Below the pieces are notes generated by a model, which had not been told where the DNA came from, did not search any database, and saw only the letters and a program-made list of their open reading frames with translations. Positions 36,148 through 46,199 of a stretch of DNA of 64,000 bases are shown one piece after another. Each line of letters opens with the position of its first letter. Within the stretch, counting starts at the first letter, position 1. The stretch is from SAR202 cluster bacterium (GTDB lineage Bacteria > Chloroflexota > Dehalococcoidia > Lucifugimonadales > GCA-2712585). Location of the stretch: NCBI GenBank assembly GCA_016872285.1, contig VGZZ01000001.1, positions 34,236 through 98,235 on the forward strand, written 5' to 3'. The position numbers and the translations under genes were made by a program.

Positions 36148-39100
36148 TTGAGTCTTACAGGTCTCCTGTCGGTCCTCACCACACTCCCGGGCTACCAGCG
36201 CCTGCTGGAAGAGGCCCGTCAACGTCGTTCGTCCCTCGCTCCCTTCGCCGCCGGCGCTAAGCCCTTCCTCCTCTCCGCTCTAGCCCGGGACTTGCGCGCT
36301 CCCCTGCTAATCATCACCCCTAAGACGGAGTCAGCCCGCCGCCTCCATGAGCAGCTCCTCCTATATCTCGGTGACGACGCCCCTCTCTATCTCTTCCCAG
36401 AGCCCGATGTCCTCCCCTTGGAGCGCCTCGCCGCCGACGCCTCTACCAACAACCAGCGCCTTGCCGCCCTAGACGCTCTCATGAACAATGGCGGCGCCTC
36501 GCCCATGATAATCGCCTCCCTGTCCGCCGCCCTTCGCAAGACCCTGTCCCCAAATACCTTCAAACAGACCGCTCACACCCTCAAGACCGGCCAGCAAATC
36601 CGCATCGGAGAACTTACCGAGCGATGGGTCTCTATGGGCTACCGACGTGAGGAGTCCGTAGAGATTCCCGGCACCTTCACCCTCCGCGGTGGCATTGTGG
36701 ATATCTTCACCCCGAACTCCAGCCTCCCCGCCCGCCTGGACCTCATTGGCAACGATATCGAAAGCATTACCCTTTTCGACTCCGCCACCCAGCGTTCCGT
36801 CCAGCCTGCCGATGCCATCCGCATTGTCCCCGCCCACGAAGTCCTCCCCATCTTCGCCGACCGCCGGCGCGTCTCTGACCTTATCGCCAACCTGAATCTT
36901 AGCGACTGCCGCGGCGAGGTCCGAGACCGCATCCAGGACGACCTGGCCTCCATCTTCACCGGCCACAATCAGGAAGACCTGTCTTTCTACAATGGCCTCA
37001 TCAACAACTCCACCATCCTGGACTACCTCCCGCCGGAAGCCATCCTCGTCCTGGACCACCCCACCCAATTGGATGGTGAGGCCGACTCCCTGGAAGCCCG
37101 AGTCCAGGAGACTCGCCAGGCCCGCGTCGGCCGCGGCGAGCTCCCAGCCAACTTCCCAATGCCCCAGTTGCCTTGGTCCAACTTTAAGCAGGACGCCGCC
37201 AATCATGTTTCTATATCCCTCACCCCTTGGGCCACACCTGACGGAGATACTCCCTTCAAAACCCCGGACTCCTTTTTCGGACGATTGGACCAGTTCACCG
37301 CCGCCGTCTTGGGCCTCGCCAGAAACGGCGCGTCCATTGTAGTGGTCACCCGCCACTCTCGCCGTCTCTCCGAGGTATTAGCAGAAGCCGGCGTCTCCGC
37401 CTCTGTCGCGGAAACCCTGGGAACCTCCCCTAACCCCGGCCGGGCTGCGCTTATCCAAGGAGCCTTGGAACAAGGTTGGGTTCTGGAATCCAGTGGCCGC
37501 ATCGTAGCTCTCTTCACCGACGCTGAAATCTTCGGCGCGGTCAAAGAACGACGCATCCACCCCAAACGCACCATCAAAAAGGCTCCATTCCTCTCTCAGT
37601 TGGAGCCGGGCATGTATGTAGTACATGAAGACCATGGCATCGCCCGTTTTGGCGGCGCCAAAAGCATGGAGACCGCCGGCGAGCAGCGTGAGTACCTGGT
37701 CCTCGAATACGCCGAGGGCGACAAGCTCTACCTACCCACCGACCATCTCGATCGCATCTCCCCCTACGTCAACACCAGTGACAAGCCTCCTGCCCTCACA
37801 CGTCTCAGCAGCCCGGAATGGGCGCGCGCCAAGCAGCGCGCTAAGGCCTCCACCCAGGAGCTCGCCAAAGAACTCCTGGATATACACGCCGGCCGGCAGA
37901 TGGCCCAGGGCCACCCCTACTCGCCTGACACCGTCTGGCAGCAGGAAATGGAGGATGCCTTTCCCTTCGAGGAGACCGCCGACCAGTCCCACACCATCGA
38001 AGAAGTTAAGGCCGATATGGAGTCTCCCAGGCCCATGGACCGCCTGGTCTGTGGAGACGTGGGCTATGGCAAGACGGAAGTCGCCCTCCGCGCCGCCTTT
38101 AAAGCCGTCGCCGACGATATGCAGGTCGCTATCCTCGTCCCCACTACCGTCCTGGCCCAGCAGCACTACGCCACCTTCAGCAGCCGCCTCACTCCCTACC
38201 CCGTCACCGTGGAAGTCCTCAGCCGGTTCCGCTCCTCCAAAGAGCAGGATGCGGTTATTGAGCGGCTAAAAAGCGGCGAGGTCGATATAGTCATTGGCAC
38301 TCACCGTCTCCTCCAAAAAGACGTGCGGTTCAAGCGCCTCGGCCTCGTCATCATCGACGAAGAGCATCGGTTCGGCGTCTCCCACAAGGAACGCCTCAAG
38401 CGCCTCCGCCAGGAGGTGGACATCCTCACCCTCAGCGCCACTCCTATACCCCGCACCCTCTACATGTCCCTTGCCGGCATCCGCGATATGAGCACTATGG
38501 AGACGCCTCCCGAGGAACGGCACCCCGTCAAGACCTACGTCGGCGAGTATTCCGATGACGCTGTAAAGGAAGCCATCCTTCGCGAGCTTGACCGCGGCGG
38601 CCAAGTCTTCTTCCTCCACAACCGAATCAGCTCCATCCGACGTGTCGCCGGTGAGCTTTCCAAGCTGGTCCCCCAGACCAGGATTACTGTGGCCCATGGC
38701 CGTATGGCCGAGGATGAACTGGAAGCCCAGATGCTCGCCTTCGCTAATGGCGAAAGCGACGTTCTGGTCTGCACCACCATCATCGAGTCCGGCCTAGACA
38801 TTCCCAACGCCAACACCCTCATCATCGACCGCGCCGACCGCTACGGCCTCTCCCAGCTCTACCAGCTCCGTGGTCGAGTGGGCCGCAGCAGTTCCCGCGC
38901 CTATTGCTATCTCTTTGTCCCCAAAGGCCGCAAGATTACTGAGGAGGCGGAAAAGCGCCTGCGCGCCATCCTTGAGGCCTCCGAGCTTGGCGCCGGCTTC
39001 AGGCTCGCCATGCGAGATTTGGAGATTCGAGGCGCCGGTAACATCCTGGGCGCTGAGCAGAGCGGCCACATCCACGCCGTCGGTTTTGAGCTCTATAGCT

Positions 39101-39630
39101 CGCTCCTCAACCAAGCCGTCGCCGAGCTTCGCGCCCAGCAGGGCCAGGCCCCAGTTGACGGCCTCAAGCCTAAAGATGAAATTCGCGTGGACCTCCCCCT
39201 CTCCGCCCACCTGCCCCAGGACTACATTTCCCACCTGCCCAACCGGCTGGCTGTCTACAAACGTCTTGCCGCCCTTGATACCCTCGACAAAATCGACGAT
39301 ATACGTGAGGAGCTGGCGGACCGCTTTGGCCCGCCGCCGCCCGCTGTCGAAGACCTTCTATACGGCATCACCGTCAAGACTCTGGCGCGAGATGTAGGCG
39401 TTCAGTCCGTCGCCCACTCCAGCGACGCTATTATTCTAAACCTCAAAGAACCCGTCGGCGGTGCCCGGTTGCCCCTGGAAAAAGCCCTTGGCTCCTGGGC
39501 CAAGGTCGGCAATATGCAAGTGCGCCTGGACAAACATCTCATGGGACCTCAGTGGCAAAAAGGCCTCCTCACCATCCTCAAAGCTATGAAAGCCTTCCAG
39601 TACCGCCTTGCCGCCCTTCCCGTCGGCTGA
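36148..39630 (+). CDS. mfd: transcription-repair coupling factor Mfd
   Basis: 1160 aa with a CarD-like segment ([12 protein letters not shown]), helicase motifs [11 protein letters not shown] and DEEHRFGV, and a TRG/translocation module. Confidence 0.95.
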   Translation: MSLTGLLSVLTTLPGYQRLLEEARQRRSSLAPFAAGAKPFLLSALARDLRAPLLIITPKTESARRLHEQLLLYLGDDAPLYLFPEPDVLPLERLAADASTNNQRLAALDALMNNGGASPMIIASLSAALRKTLSPNTFKQTAHTLKTGQQIRIGELTERWVSMGYRREESVEIPGTFTLRGGIVDIFTPNSSLPARLDLIGNDIESITLFDSATQRSVQPADAIRIVPAHEVLPIFADRRRVSDLIANLNLSDCRGEVRDRIQDDLASIFTGHNQEDLSFYNGLINNSTILDYLPPEAILVLDHPTQLDGEADSLEARVQETRQARVGRGELPANFPMPQLPWSNFKQDAANHVSISLTPWATPDGDTPFKTPDSFFGRLDQFTAAVLGLARNGASIVVVTRHSRRLSEVLAEAGVSASVAETLGTSPNPGRAALIQGALEQGWVLESSGRIVALFTDAEIFGAVKERRIHPKRTIKKAPFLSQLEPGMYVVHEDHGIARFGGAKSMETAGEQREYLVLEYAEGDKLYLPTDHLDRISPYVNTSDKPPALTRLSSPEWARAKQRAKASTQELAKELLDIHAGRQMAQGHPYSPDTVWQQEMEDAFPFEETADQSHTIEEVKADMESPRPMDRLVCGDVGYGKTEVALRAAFKAVADDMQVAILVPTTVLAQQHYATFSSRLTPYPVTVEVLSRFRSSKEQDAVIERLKSGEVDIVIGTHRLLQKDVRFKRLGLVIIDEEHRFGVSHKERLKRLRQEVDILTLSATPIPRTLYMSLAGIRDMSTMETPPEERHPVKTYVGEYSDDAVKEAILRELDRGGQVFFLHNRISSIRRVAGELSKLVPQTRITVAHGRMAEDELEAQMLAFANGESDVLVCTTIIESGLDIPNANTLIIDRADRYGLSQLYQLRGRVGRSSSRAYCYLFVPKGRKITEEAEKRLRAILEASELGAGFRLAMRDLEIRGAGNILGAEQSGHIHAVGFELYSSLLNQAVAELRAQQGQAPVDGLKPKDEIRVDLPLSAHLPQDYISHLPNRLAVYKRLAALDTLDKIDDIREELADRFGPPPPAVEDLLYGITVKTLARDVGVQSVAHSSDAIILNLKEPVGGARLPLEKALGSWAKVGNMQVRLDKHLMGPQWQKGLLTILKAMKAFQYRLAALPVG

Positions 39631-39707
39631 TCCGAGCCCTGCCCATCACCTTAAGCTGCGCCCTCAGAATTTAGCTTCAAAGGTCTAGCCATCCGGCCTT
39701 TTCGGCC

Positions 39708-39743
39708 ATATAGGGCCCCCCGAATGCTCGGGGGGCCCTATAT
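39708..39743. terminator. bidirectional intrinsic terminator between mfd and the repeat-protein gene
   Basis: Perfect 16-bp palindrome atatagggccccccga-atgc-tcggggggccctatat. Confidence 0.7.
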
Positions 39744-39863
39744 TAGAGCGCCTAGCGTAGTCCTTGTCGTCCCTTCGTCAGGCTACGACGTAGACCTTAC
39801 TATTTAGCTCCATGTCTTGCTCTGGGTTGTTAGGGTTTAGAGCATGACAGACTTGCCTCACCA

Positions 39864-42800
39864 TTATGGTGCGCTCTCTGTCTCAGTCCCGCCAGCAGCT
39901 ACACTCGTGTTCTCCTGCGTGGCTCCGGTATCGGAGGTCTGCTCGGTCCCGTTAGTGTTGCCGCCGGTGTTGCCCTGCTCAACAGCTCCGCCAGCTCCGG
40001 CTCCGCCTGAGGACTCGACCGTATTGCTCTGAGTGGTGTTCTGGGTGGTCGTGTTCTCGTTCTCGGCCTTAGCCTTGTTGCTGTTGTTCTGGGTGCTATT
40101 GCCAAAGATGGAAACGCTTACGTTTTCCTGGCTGGCTCTAACACTCGAAGTCTGATTGGTGCTGTTGGCATTGGCGCCGGTATTGTTCTGTCCTACGGAC
40201 CCTCCTGCGCCGCCGCCGTACGAGACCGTATTTCCCTGATCAACTGTCTGATCAGTGGTGTTCTCGTTCTCGCACTCAGCCTCGTTCTCGTTGTTCTGGT
40301 TGCTGTTGCCAAAGATGGCTACGCTGATGTTTCTCTGCCTGGCCTTGGCCTCGCAGTTCTGCGTAGTGTCGTTGGCGTTGGCGCCTGTATTGCTCTGCTC
40401 GACGCCGGGATCGCCGTTCTGGGTGGTCTCAGCATCAGCACCCTGAGCGCCGCCACTGGTCACCGTATTGTCCTGGGTAACGCCCTGGGTGGTGGTGTTC
40501 TCGTTCTCGCACTCGGCCTCATTTTCGTTGGCCTGGTTGCTGTCACCGAACACCGCCACGCTGACGTTGGTCTGCTTGGCCTTGGCCGCACACTCCTGCT
40601 GGGTCTCGTTAGCATTGGCGCCAACGTTGTCCTGCTCTATGCCAGGATCGCCGTTGACGTGATCGCTCTGAGTACCAGCGCCTTCACCCTGAGCGCCAGC
40701 GCCGTCGCTGTACGTAACCGTATTCCCCTGATCGACCGTCTGGTCAGTCGTGTTCTCGTTCTCGCACTCGGCCTCGTTCTCGTTGGCCTGGTTGCTGGAG
40801 CCGCCAATAGCTACGTCAGCGTTCTCCTGCTTGGCCTTGGCTTCGCAGCCCTGCAGAGTCCCGTTGGCGTTCACGCCAACGTTGCTCTGTCCGACCGCGC
40901 TGCCGTTGCCAGTCCCCTCGCCGGTGTACTCAACTGAGTTCTCTTGACCAACCTCTTGGCCGATCGTGTTCTCATTCTCGCACTCGGCTTCGTTCTCGTT
41001 CTCCTGGTTGCTGGAGCCGCCAATAGTAGCGTTGTCGTTCTCTTGGCGGGCCTTGACCTCGCAGCCCTGTATGGTCCCGTTGGCATTGACACCTACGTTG
41101 TCCTGCTCTACCGGGCTTTCGTTGCCGCTAACTGCGCCGTCGTACGACACGACGTTAGCTTGCCCTACGCCCTGGGTAGTCTCGTTCTCATTCTCGCACT
41201 CGGCCTCATTTTCGTTGGCCTGGTTGCTCTCACCGCCAATAGTCGCGTTCTCGTTGTCCTGCTTGGCCTTGGTCTCACAACCTTGTATGGTCCCGTTAGC
41301 GTTGACGCCAACGTTGTCCTGCTCTACCGGGCTGAAGTTGCCATTAACCTGGCCATCGTATGCCACGACGTTAGCCTGCGCTACGCCCTGGCTGGTCGTG
41401 TTCTCGTTCTCGCACTCAGCCTCGTTCTCGTTCTCCTGGTTGCTGGAGCCGCCAATAGTCGCGTTGTCGCTTTCCTGGCGGGCCTTGACCTCGCAGCCCT
41501 GCTCAGTCCCGTTGGCGTTCACGCCCACGTTGTCCTGCTCCACGGGGCTGAAGTTCCCGTTGACGTCGCCCGAGTACACTACGACGTTGGCTTGGGATAC
41601 GCCCTGGCTGGTCGTGTTCTCGTTCTCGCACTCAGCCTCGTTCTCGTTCTCCTGGTTGCTGGAGCCGCCTATGGTGGCGTTGTCGTTGTCCTGCCCGGCC
41701 CAGGCTTCGCAGCCCTGGCTGGTCTCGTTAAGGTTGGCGCCAACGTTGTCCTGCTCGATGGCGCTGAAGTTCCCGTTAACGTCGCCTTGGTACACCGCGA
41801 TGTTGGCTTGGGATACGCCCTGGCCGGTCGTGTCCTCGTTCTCGCACTCGGCTTCGTTCTCGTTCTCCTGGTTGCTTGAGCCGCCAATGGTCGCGTTGTC
41901 GTTCGCTTGCTCAGCAGCGACCGCGCAGCCCTGGCTAGTCTCATTGGCATTAGCGCCCACGTTGTCCTGTTCGATGGCGCTGAAGTTGCCGTTGACGTCG
42001 CCCGAGTACACTACCACGTTGGCTTGCCCGACACTCTGACCAGTAGAGTTTTCGTTCTCGCACTCAGCCTCGTTCTCATTCTCCTGGTTGCTGTCGCCGC
42101 CAATGGTGGCGTTGTTGTCGTCCTGCCCGGCCCAGTTACCAGACCCGCATTCCTGCTCAGTCCCGTTGTAATTGGCGCCGGTATTGGCCTGTGCGACAGG
42201 GCTTTCATTACCGTTGGCAATCCCGCTGTATACGACAACGTTCTGGCCGACAACGTCCTGGCTGGTCTCATTCTCGTTCTCGCACTCGGCCTCGTTCTCG
42301 TTCTCCTGGTTGCTGGAGCCGCCTATGGTAGCATTGTCGTTGGCTTGCTCAGCAGCGACTTCGCAGCCTTGCGACGTCCCGTTGTAGTTGGCTCCAACGT
42401 TGTCCTGCTCTACCGAGCTGCCATTACCGTTGCCAGTCCCGGCATACACCGCTTGGTTCACCCCAACGACGCCCTGGCTGGTCGAGTTCTCGTTCTCGCA
42501 CTCAGCCTCGTTCTCGTTGGCCTGAACGCCGGTGCCGCCTATGGTGGCTTGGTCGTTGTCCTGACCAGCCCAGGCAGCGCAGCCCTGCAAGGTCTCGTTG
42601 GCGTTGGCGCCAACGTTGTCCTGTTCAACAGTGCTGAAGTTGCCATTGCCGTCGCCGTTGTACTCCACGGCGTTAGTTTGCCCAACGCCCTGGCTGGTGG
42701 TGTTCTCGTTCTCGCACTCAGCCTCATTCTCGTTGGCCTGGATCCCGATAGCGCCAATGGTGGCGTTATCGTTCACTTGGCCTGCAGCTACTTCACAGCC

Positions 42801-43586
42801 CTGCAAGGTCACGTTGAGGTTGGCGCCAACGTTGTCCTGTTCAACAGTGCTGAAGTTTCCGTTGCTGCCGCCGTTGTATACGACTGAGTTCGCCTGACCA
42901 ACCGTCTGGTTGGTGGTGTTCTCGTTCTCGCACTCAGCCTCGTTCTCGTTGGCCTGGATCCCGATAGCGCCAATAGTGGCTTGATCGTTGTCCTGGCCAG
43001 CCCAGGCAGCGCAGCCTTGCAAGGTCACGTTGGCGTTGGCGCCGGTGTTGGATTGACCTATGCCAGGGTCGCCGTATTCCCCATTCTCCTGAGACTCGAC
43101 ACCCTCGCTAGCAGCGCCGCTGCTGTATGTGACCTCATTCGTCTGGTCAACCGATTGGGTGGTGTCGTTCTCGTTCTCGCATTCGGCCTCGTTCTCGTTG
43201 GCCTGAATGCCGATAGCGCCTATGGTGGCTTGGTCGTTCGTTTGGCCCGCAGCGGCTTCGCAGAGTTGCAACGTGCCGTTGGCGTTGGCGCCGACGTTGT
43301 CCTGCTCTACCGAGCCAGGATCGCCGTTGCCGCCATTGCCGGTTAACTCGACCAAGTTCAGCTGACCAACCGTCTGGTTGGTGGTGTTCTCGTTCTCGCA
43401 CTCGGCTTCGTTCTCGTTAGCCTGGATCCCGATGCCGCCAATAGTGGCGTTATCGTTGTCCTGCCCAGCCCAGGCTCCGCAGAGTTGCAAGGTCTCGTTG
43501 AAGTTGGCTCCAACGTTGTCCTGCTCTATGCCATCGTCCTCGTGGCTGGAGGCGCTCTCAAACCCGGCATCTACAGTGGTTCCTTT
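39864..43586 (-). CDS. giant tandem-repeat Asn/Glu/Cys-rich protein, main body (frame open to 43586; first in-frame start TTG 43490)
   Basis: 1208-aa track ORF with 16 units of ~72 aa. The core NENEAECENE occurs in 15 consecutive units. The repeat register continues upstream of the called start (..DAGFESASSHEDDGIEQDNVGANFNETLQLC). Confidence 0.8.
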   Translation of the reverse strand, partial: KGTTVDAGFESASSHEDDGIEQDNVGANFNETLQLCGAWAGQDNDNATIGGIGIQANENEAECENENTTNQTVGQLNLVELTGNGGNGDPGSVEQDNVGANANGTLQLCEAAAGQTNDQATIGAIGIQANENEAECENENDTTQSVDQTNEVTYSSGAASEGVESQENGEYGDPGIGQSNTGANANVTLQGCAAWAGQDNDQATIGAIGIQANENEAECENENTTNQTVGQANSVVYNGGSNGNFSTVEQDNVGANLNVTLQGCEVAAGQVNDNATIGAIGIQANENEAECENENTTSQGVGQTNAVEYNGDGNGNFSTVEQDNVGANANETLQGCAAWAGQDNDQATIGGTGVQANENEAECENENSTSQGVVGVNQAVYAGTGNGNGSSVEQDNVGANYNGTSQGCEVAAEQANDNATIGGSSNQENENEAECENENETSQDVVGQNVVVYSGIANGNESPVAQANTGANYNGTEQECGSGNWAGQDDNNATIGGDSNQENENEAECENENSTGQSVGQANVVVYSGDVNGNFSAIEQDNVGANANETSQGCAVAAEQANDNATIGGSSNQENENEAECENEDTTGQGVSQANIAVYQGDVNGNFSAIEQDNVGANLNETSQGCEAWAGQDNDNATIGGSSNQENENEAECENENTTSQGVSQANVVVYSGDVNGNFSPVEQDNVGVNANGTEQGCEVKARQESDNATIGGSSNQENENEAECENENTTSQGVAQANVVAYDGQVNGNFSPVEQDNVGVNANGTIQGCETKAKQDNENATIGGESNQANENEAECENENETTQGVGQANVVSYDGAVSGNESPVEQDNVGVNANGTIQGCEVKARQENDNATIGGSSNQENENEAECENENTIGQEVGQENSVEYTGEGTGNGSAVGQSNVGVNANGTLQGCEAKAKQENADVAIGGSSNQANENEAECENENTTDQTVDQGNTVTYSDGAGAQGEGAGTQSDHVNGDPGIEQDNVGANANETQQECAAKAKQTNVSVAVFGDSNQANENEAECENENTTTQGVTQDNTVTSGGAQGADAETTQNGDPGVEQSNTGANANDTTQNCEAKARQRNISVAIFGNSNQNNENEAECENENTTDQTVDQGNTVSYGGGAGGSVGQNNTGANANSTNQTSSVRASQENVSVSIFGNSTQNNSNKAKAENENTTTQNTTQSNTVESSGGAGAGGAVEQGNTGGNTNGTEQTSDTGATQENTSVAAGGTETESAP

Positions 43587-43660
43587 CTATTCTCCTGAAT
43601 GAGCGCCTGGGTGACCTCGTTTTCGTTTTCGCACTCGACTTCATTCTCGTTCTCTTGAGT
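39990..43660 (-). repeat. intragenic tandem repeat, period mostly 216 bp (range ~210-255), 17 units with a conserved 33-nt core
   Basis: The plus-strand core gttctcgttctcgcactc(a/g)gcctcgttctcgtt recurs at ~40259, 40495, 40750, 40966, 41180, 41398, 41613, 41830, 42046, 42270, 42484, 42700, 42916, 43165, 43384 and 43616, with a degenerate copy at ~40040. Confidence 0.9.
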
Positions 43661-43876
43661 GCTGCTCCCACCAACAGCTACGCTTTCGTTGACCTGCCAG
43701 GAGTCGTCTATACACGCCTGGAGTGTCTCGTCGAAGCTGCCGCCGGTGTTGTCTTGCTCAAGCCAGCCCCCGACATACCCTGTACTGCCGATGCCGCCGG
43801 CAAACAGAGCGGGAGCAAGCAATACTACTGCCAGTAACGCAACAGTAATGCTTAATACCCCAATGATTCGTTTCAC
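43571..43876 (-). CDS. signal-peptide-bearing N-terminal part of the repeat protein (separated from the body by a -1 frame change)
   Basis: GTG start preceded by AAGGAG. MKRIIGVLSITVALLAVVLLAPALFAGG is a Sec signal peptide. The first repeat unit follows (...TQENENEVECENENEVTQ). Confidence 0.7.
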   Translation of the reverse strand: MKRIIGVLSITVALLAVVLLAPALFAGGIGSTGYVGGWLEQDNTGGSFDETLQACIDDSWQVNESVAVGGSSTQENENEVECENENEVTQALIQENRKEPL

Positions 43877-43968
43877 GTTCTGTTTCTCCTTGTTTGCCCT
43901 TTCGGGTCAAAGTTAGGTAACCACTTCAAGCGCGCCGCGGTCTGTAGTGTGCTGCGCGCTGACCGTAG

Positions 43969-46095
43969 TCACCCAGGAGGAACAGATGAGCTGAGAGATA
44001 CAGCTTTGTAAGTAATACCCTCCTGGCTGTACACATTTCGCCAGGAAATAGGCCCAAATTCATTGCGGGCGGCTACAAGCCCGTGTGTCGATTTGGAATA
44101 GTCTTGGCTGGACGTGACGCTGCTGGATGACAGGGTTGGCAGTGCCTTCTTGGCAGGCGTCTCATTTTTGGGAGCCACCGGATTAGTGCCGGGCGAAGAT
44201 GTAGACGATGCCGCCTTCCCACTACTCTCGTCGGCGGTCTGCGAAGACTTCACCGATGATACGGTGTGCCCGTCAAAAACCGCTGGGCCTTCATATCCTG
44301 CATCCAAGAAATCCGCCTGATGGGACCACGTGATGGCTTCCACCGCGGCGGACCCTTTTTCTGGTTCCTCCTCGGCGCCTTGTCCCTTTGTGTCACAGGG
44401 GGCGTCCTTGGCGGCGCTTACTCCGCCTGCTGCCTCATCTTTCGTCCTCTGCTGTACCGACTGTTTGCCTAACGAAAGGTCGACATGTCGACCTTTGTCG
44501 GCGCTTTGTCGCGGCACTCTTACTTTAACGGGGCCTTGGCTTTCCTTGGAAGCGCCAGCTAGTTGCGCGCCCTCCATTAGATTCTCAAAGATCTTCTCCG
44601 CTCTAACATCAGCATGAGCGGCGTCGGCCGCTTCTCCGGCGTCTTGAGCGCCGCCCATTGCTTCGCTGATTTCCTGCATAATGTTTATGGGATCTTTCTC
44701 AACCGGCTCCTCTATCCCCTGGTGACTCATCTCCAGAATTGTAGCTGGAACATCGTCTCCAGAATCCTGGCCTCCCTGCTCATCCTCTGCAATGGTCCCG
44801 TCATCTTCCTCTAGGATCACCGGCTCTTCCGTGACATCAGCTGCAGTTTTATCCGTGGTCTCAACGGTTCCTTCTGCGGCGTTTGTAGTCTGGACATCAG
44901 AAGCGTTTTCGCCGACGTCTGTGACTATTTCTGATGCCGCCACGCCCTCGGAAATCTCGGCGGCCTCCTGAGCCCCCTCAACCCCCGCATCCGACATCGG
45001 ATGCGGAACGCTGTCAGCCGGGATGCTGTCAGATGATGCCTCAATAGTGCTGGTTGAAGTGTCCTGTTCAGCCTTAGCCTCGGTGCTTTGATAGGTCTCG
45101 TTGGTGTTGACCGCCGCGCTTTCCTGCTTCACCGCCTCGCCATTGCTCTCCTGGCTTCCTGCCTGGTTCTTCTGCTTAATCTGCTGGTTTGTTTCGTTAA
45201 CGTTGGCTGATGTGGCGGTGTTACTGTTGGAGTGGCTGCTGTTCCCGTTCGTGCCGACGCTCTCGGCGCCTTGCTCGGTCTTTAGTGGTGTCTCCCGCTG
45301 CGCAGCGTTCTCATTATCCGATTCATCAATATTAATATCCGAATCCGGCCCCTCGGCTTCCGTTGTCTCGGTCTCGGACTCGCTGGCGGCGCCAGGAGGC
45401 TCGACGCTTTCACAGCCTTCCAATACTCCTGACGATTCCTCAGACGCTTCCATTGCCGCGTCGGCGGTTTCCATCGCTGCGGCCGTCGTCTCGTCAATGG
45501 TCTCCTTCAGGGCAGCAGCCCACTCCTCGTCCGTTGCAGACAGCGGGGTGATCAGGTCGTCTATGGCTGCGCCAATCTTCTCTTGGAGGATTTCCGCAAT
45601 GGATGGCGACGCCTCTGTCGCCTTTCCGCCGTCTCCCTCCACTTCATCCCTGGCCTCGCAATACTCCAAAGTTTCGTCGGGAGTCGTGGACGGGACCTCG
45701 CTGCCACTGTTCTTATCCTCCGAAGCGGCAGCGCCAGTCTCAGCATCCGTCGCCTCTTCTGTGGCAGGTGCGGGTTCCTTTAAGTCCAAGGCGGCACCGT
45801 CAATGGTCTCACCAAGAAGTTTTTCAGCCTCTTCGGACAGCGCCCCGGCAAGGCCTTCTACTGCAATAGAGGCGCCAGGGTGGTCAGATTTCTGTTCTGC
45901 TCCGTCTGCGCCTTCTGCGCTTGGGTCGTCTGTAGAAAATACGTCAGGGACCTCTGAAACGCCAGGAGTTTGAGGCTCGTCAGCCTTTGTAATCCCCGCA
46001 AACACAGTCAGCTGCAGGGTTGCTACAAGCCCTACAGCCAGCGCGATAAATTGGAATCTAGGCAATCGCCGAGGTGACACCGCCCCTCCCCTCAC
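43969..46095 (-). CDS. acidic Ala/Glu/Ser/Thr-rich secreted or membrane-anchored protein with one degenerate copy of the neighbour's repeat unit
   Basis: 708 aa. The N-terminal signal/anchor is FQFIALAVGLVATLQLTVFAGITKA. Residues ~288-353 (45037..45234) align in register with the Cys-less terminal units of the repeat protein. Confidence 0.6.
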   Translation of the reverse strand: MRGGAVSPRRLPRFQFIALAVGLVATLQLTVFAGITKADEPQTPGVSEVPDVFSTDDPSAEGADGAEQKSDHPGASIAVEGLAGALSEEAEKLLGETIDGAALDLKEPAPATEEATDAETGAAASEDKNSGSEVPSTTPDETLEYCEARDEVEGDGGKATEASPSIAEILQEKIGAAIDDLITPLSATDEEWAAALKETIDETTAAAMETADAAMEASEESSGVLEGCESVEPPGAASESETETTEAEGPDSDINIDESDNENAAQRETPLKTEQGAESVGTNGNSSHSNSNTATSANVNETNQQIKQKNQAGSQESNGEAVKQESAAVNTNETYQSTEAKAEQDTSTSTIEASSDSIPADSVPHPMSDAGVEGAQEAAEISEGVAASEIVTDVGENASDVQTTNAAEGTVETTDKTAADVTEEPVILEEDDGTIAEDEQGGQDSGDDVPATILEMSHQGIEEPVEKDPINIMQEISEAMGGAQDAGEAADAAHADVRAEKIFENLMEGAQLAGASKESQGPVKVRVPRQSADKGRHVDLSLGKQSVQQRTKDEAAGGVSAAKDAPCDTKGQGAEEEPEKGSAAVEAITWSHQADFLDAGYEGPAVFDGHTVSSVKSSQTADESSGKAASSTSSPGTNPVAPKNETPAKKALPTLSSSSVTSSQDYSKSTHGLVAARNEFGPISWRNVYSQEGITYKAVSLSSSVPPG

Positions 46096-46199
46096 CCCTA
46101 TTTGTTGTCTAACTTCGGCAATTAAGGACTAGAACATTCCTCAACCGTCTCCAAGTTTTGGCAACATTCGGTTGTTAATTCTCTTCCAGGCGCTGGAAG

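Noticed and set aside
40944-42887. Long plus-strand ORFs (311, 357 and 326 aa) across the repeat region
   Set aside because: They are antisense to the repeat-protein gene. GAG/AAC-dominated codons have stop-free complements (CTC/GTT). The translations are Leu/Val/Ala/Ser low complexity with the same 216-nt period, so they are shadows.
39990-43660. Regular array with a conserved 33-nt core, considered as a CRISPR array
   Set aside because: The period is ~216 bp, a multiple of 3 and far too long. The 'spacers' are themselves homologous. Everything lies inside one continuous ORF, and no cas genes are present.
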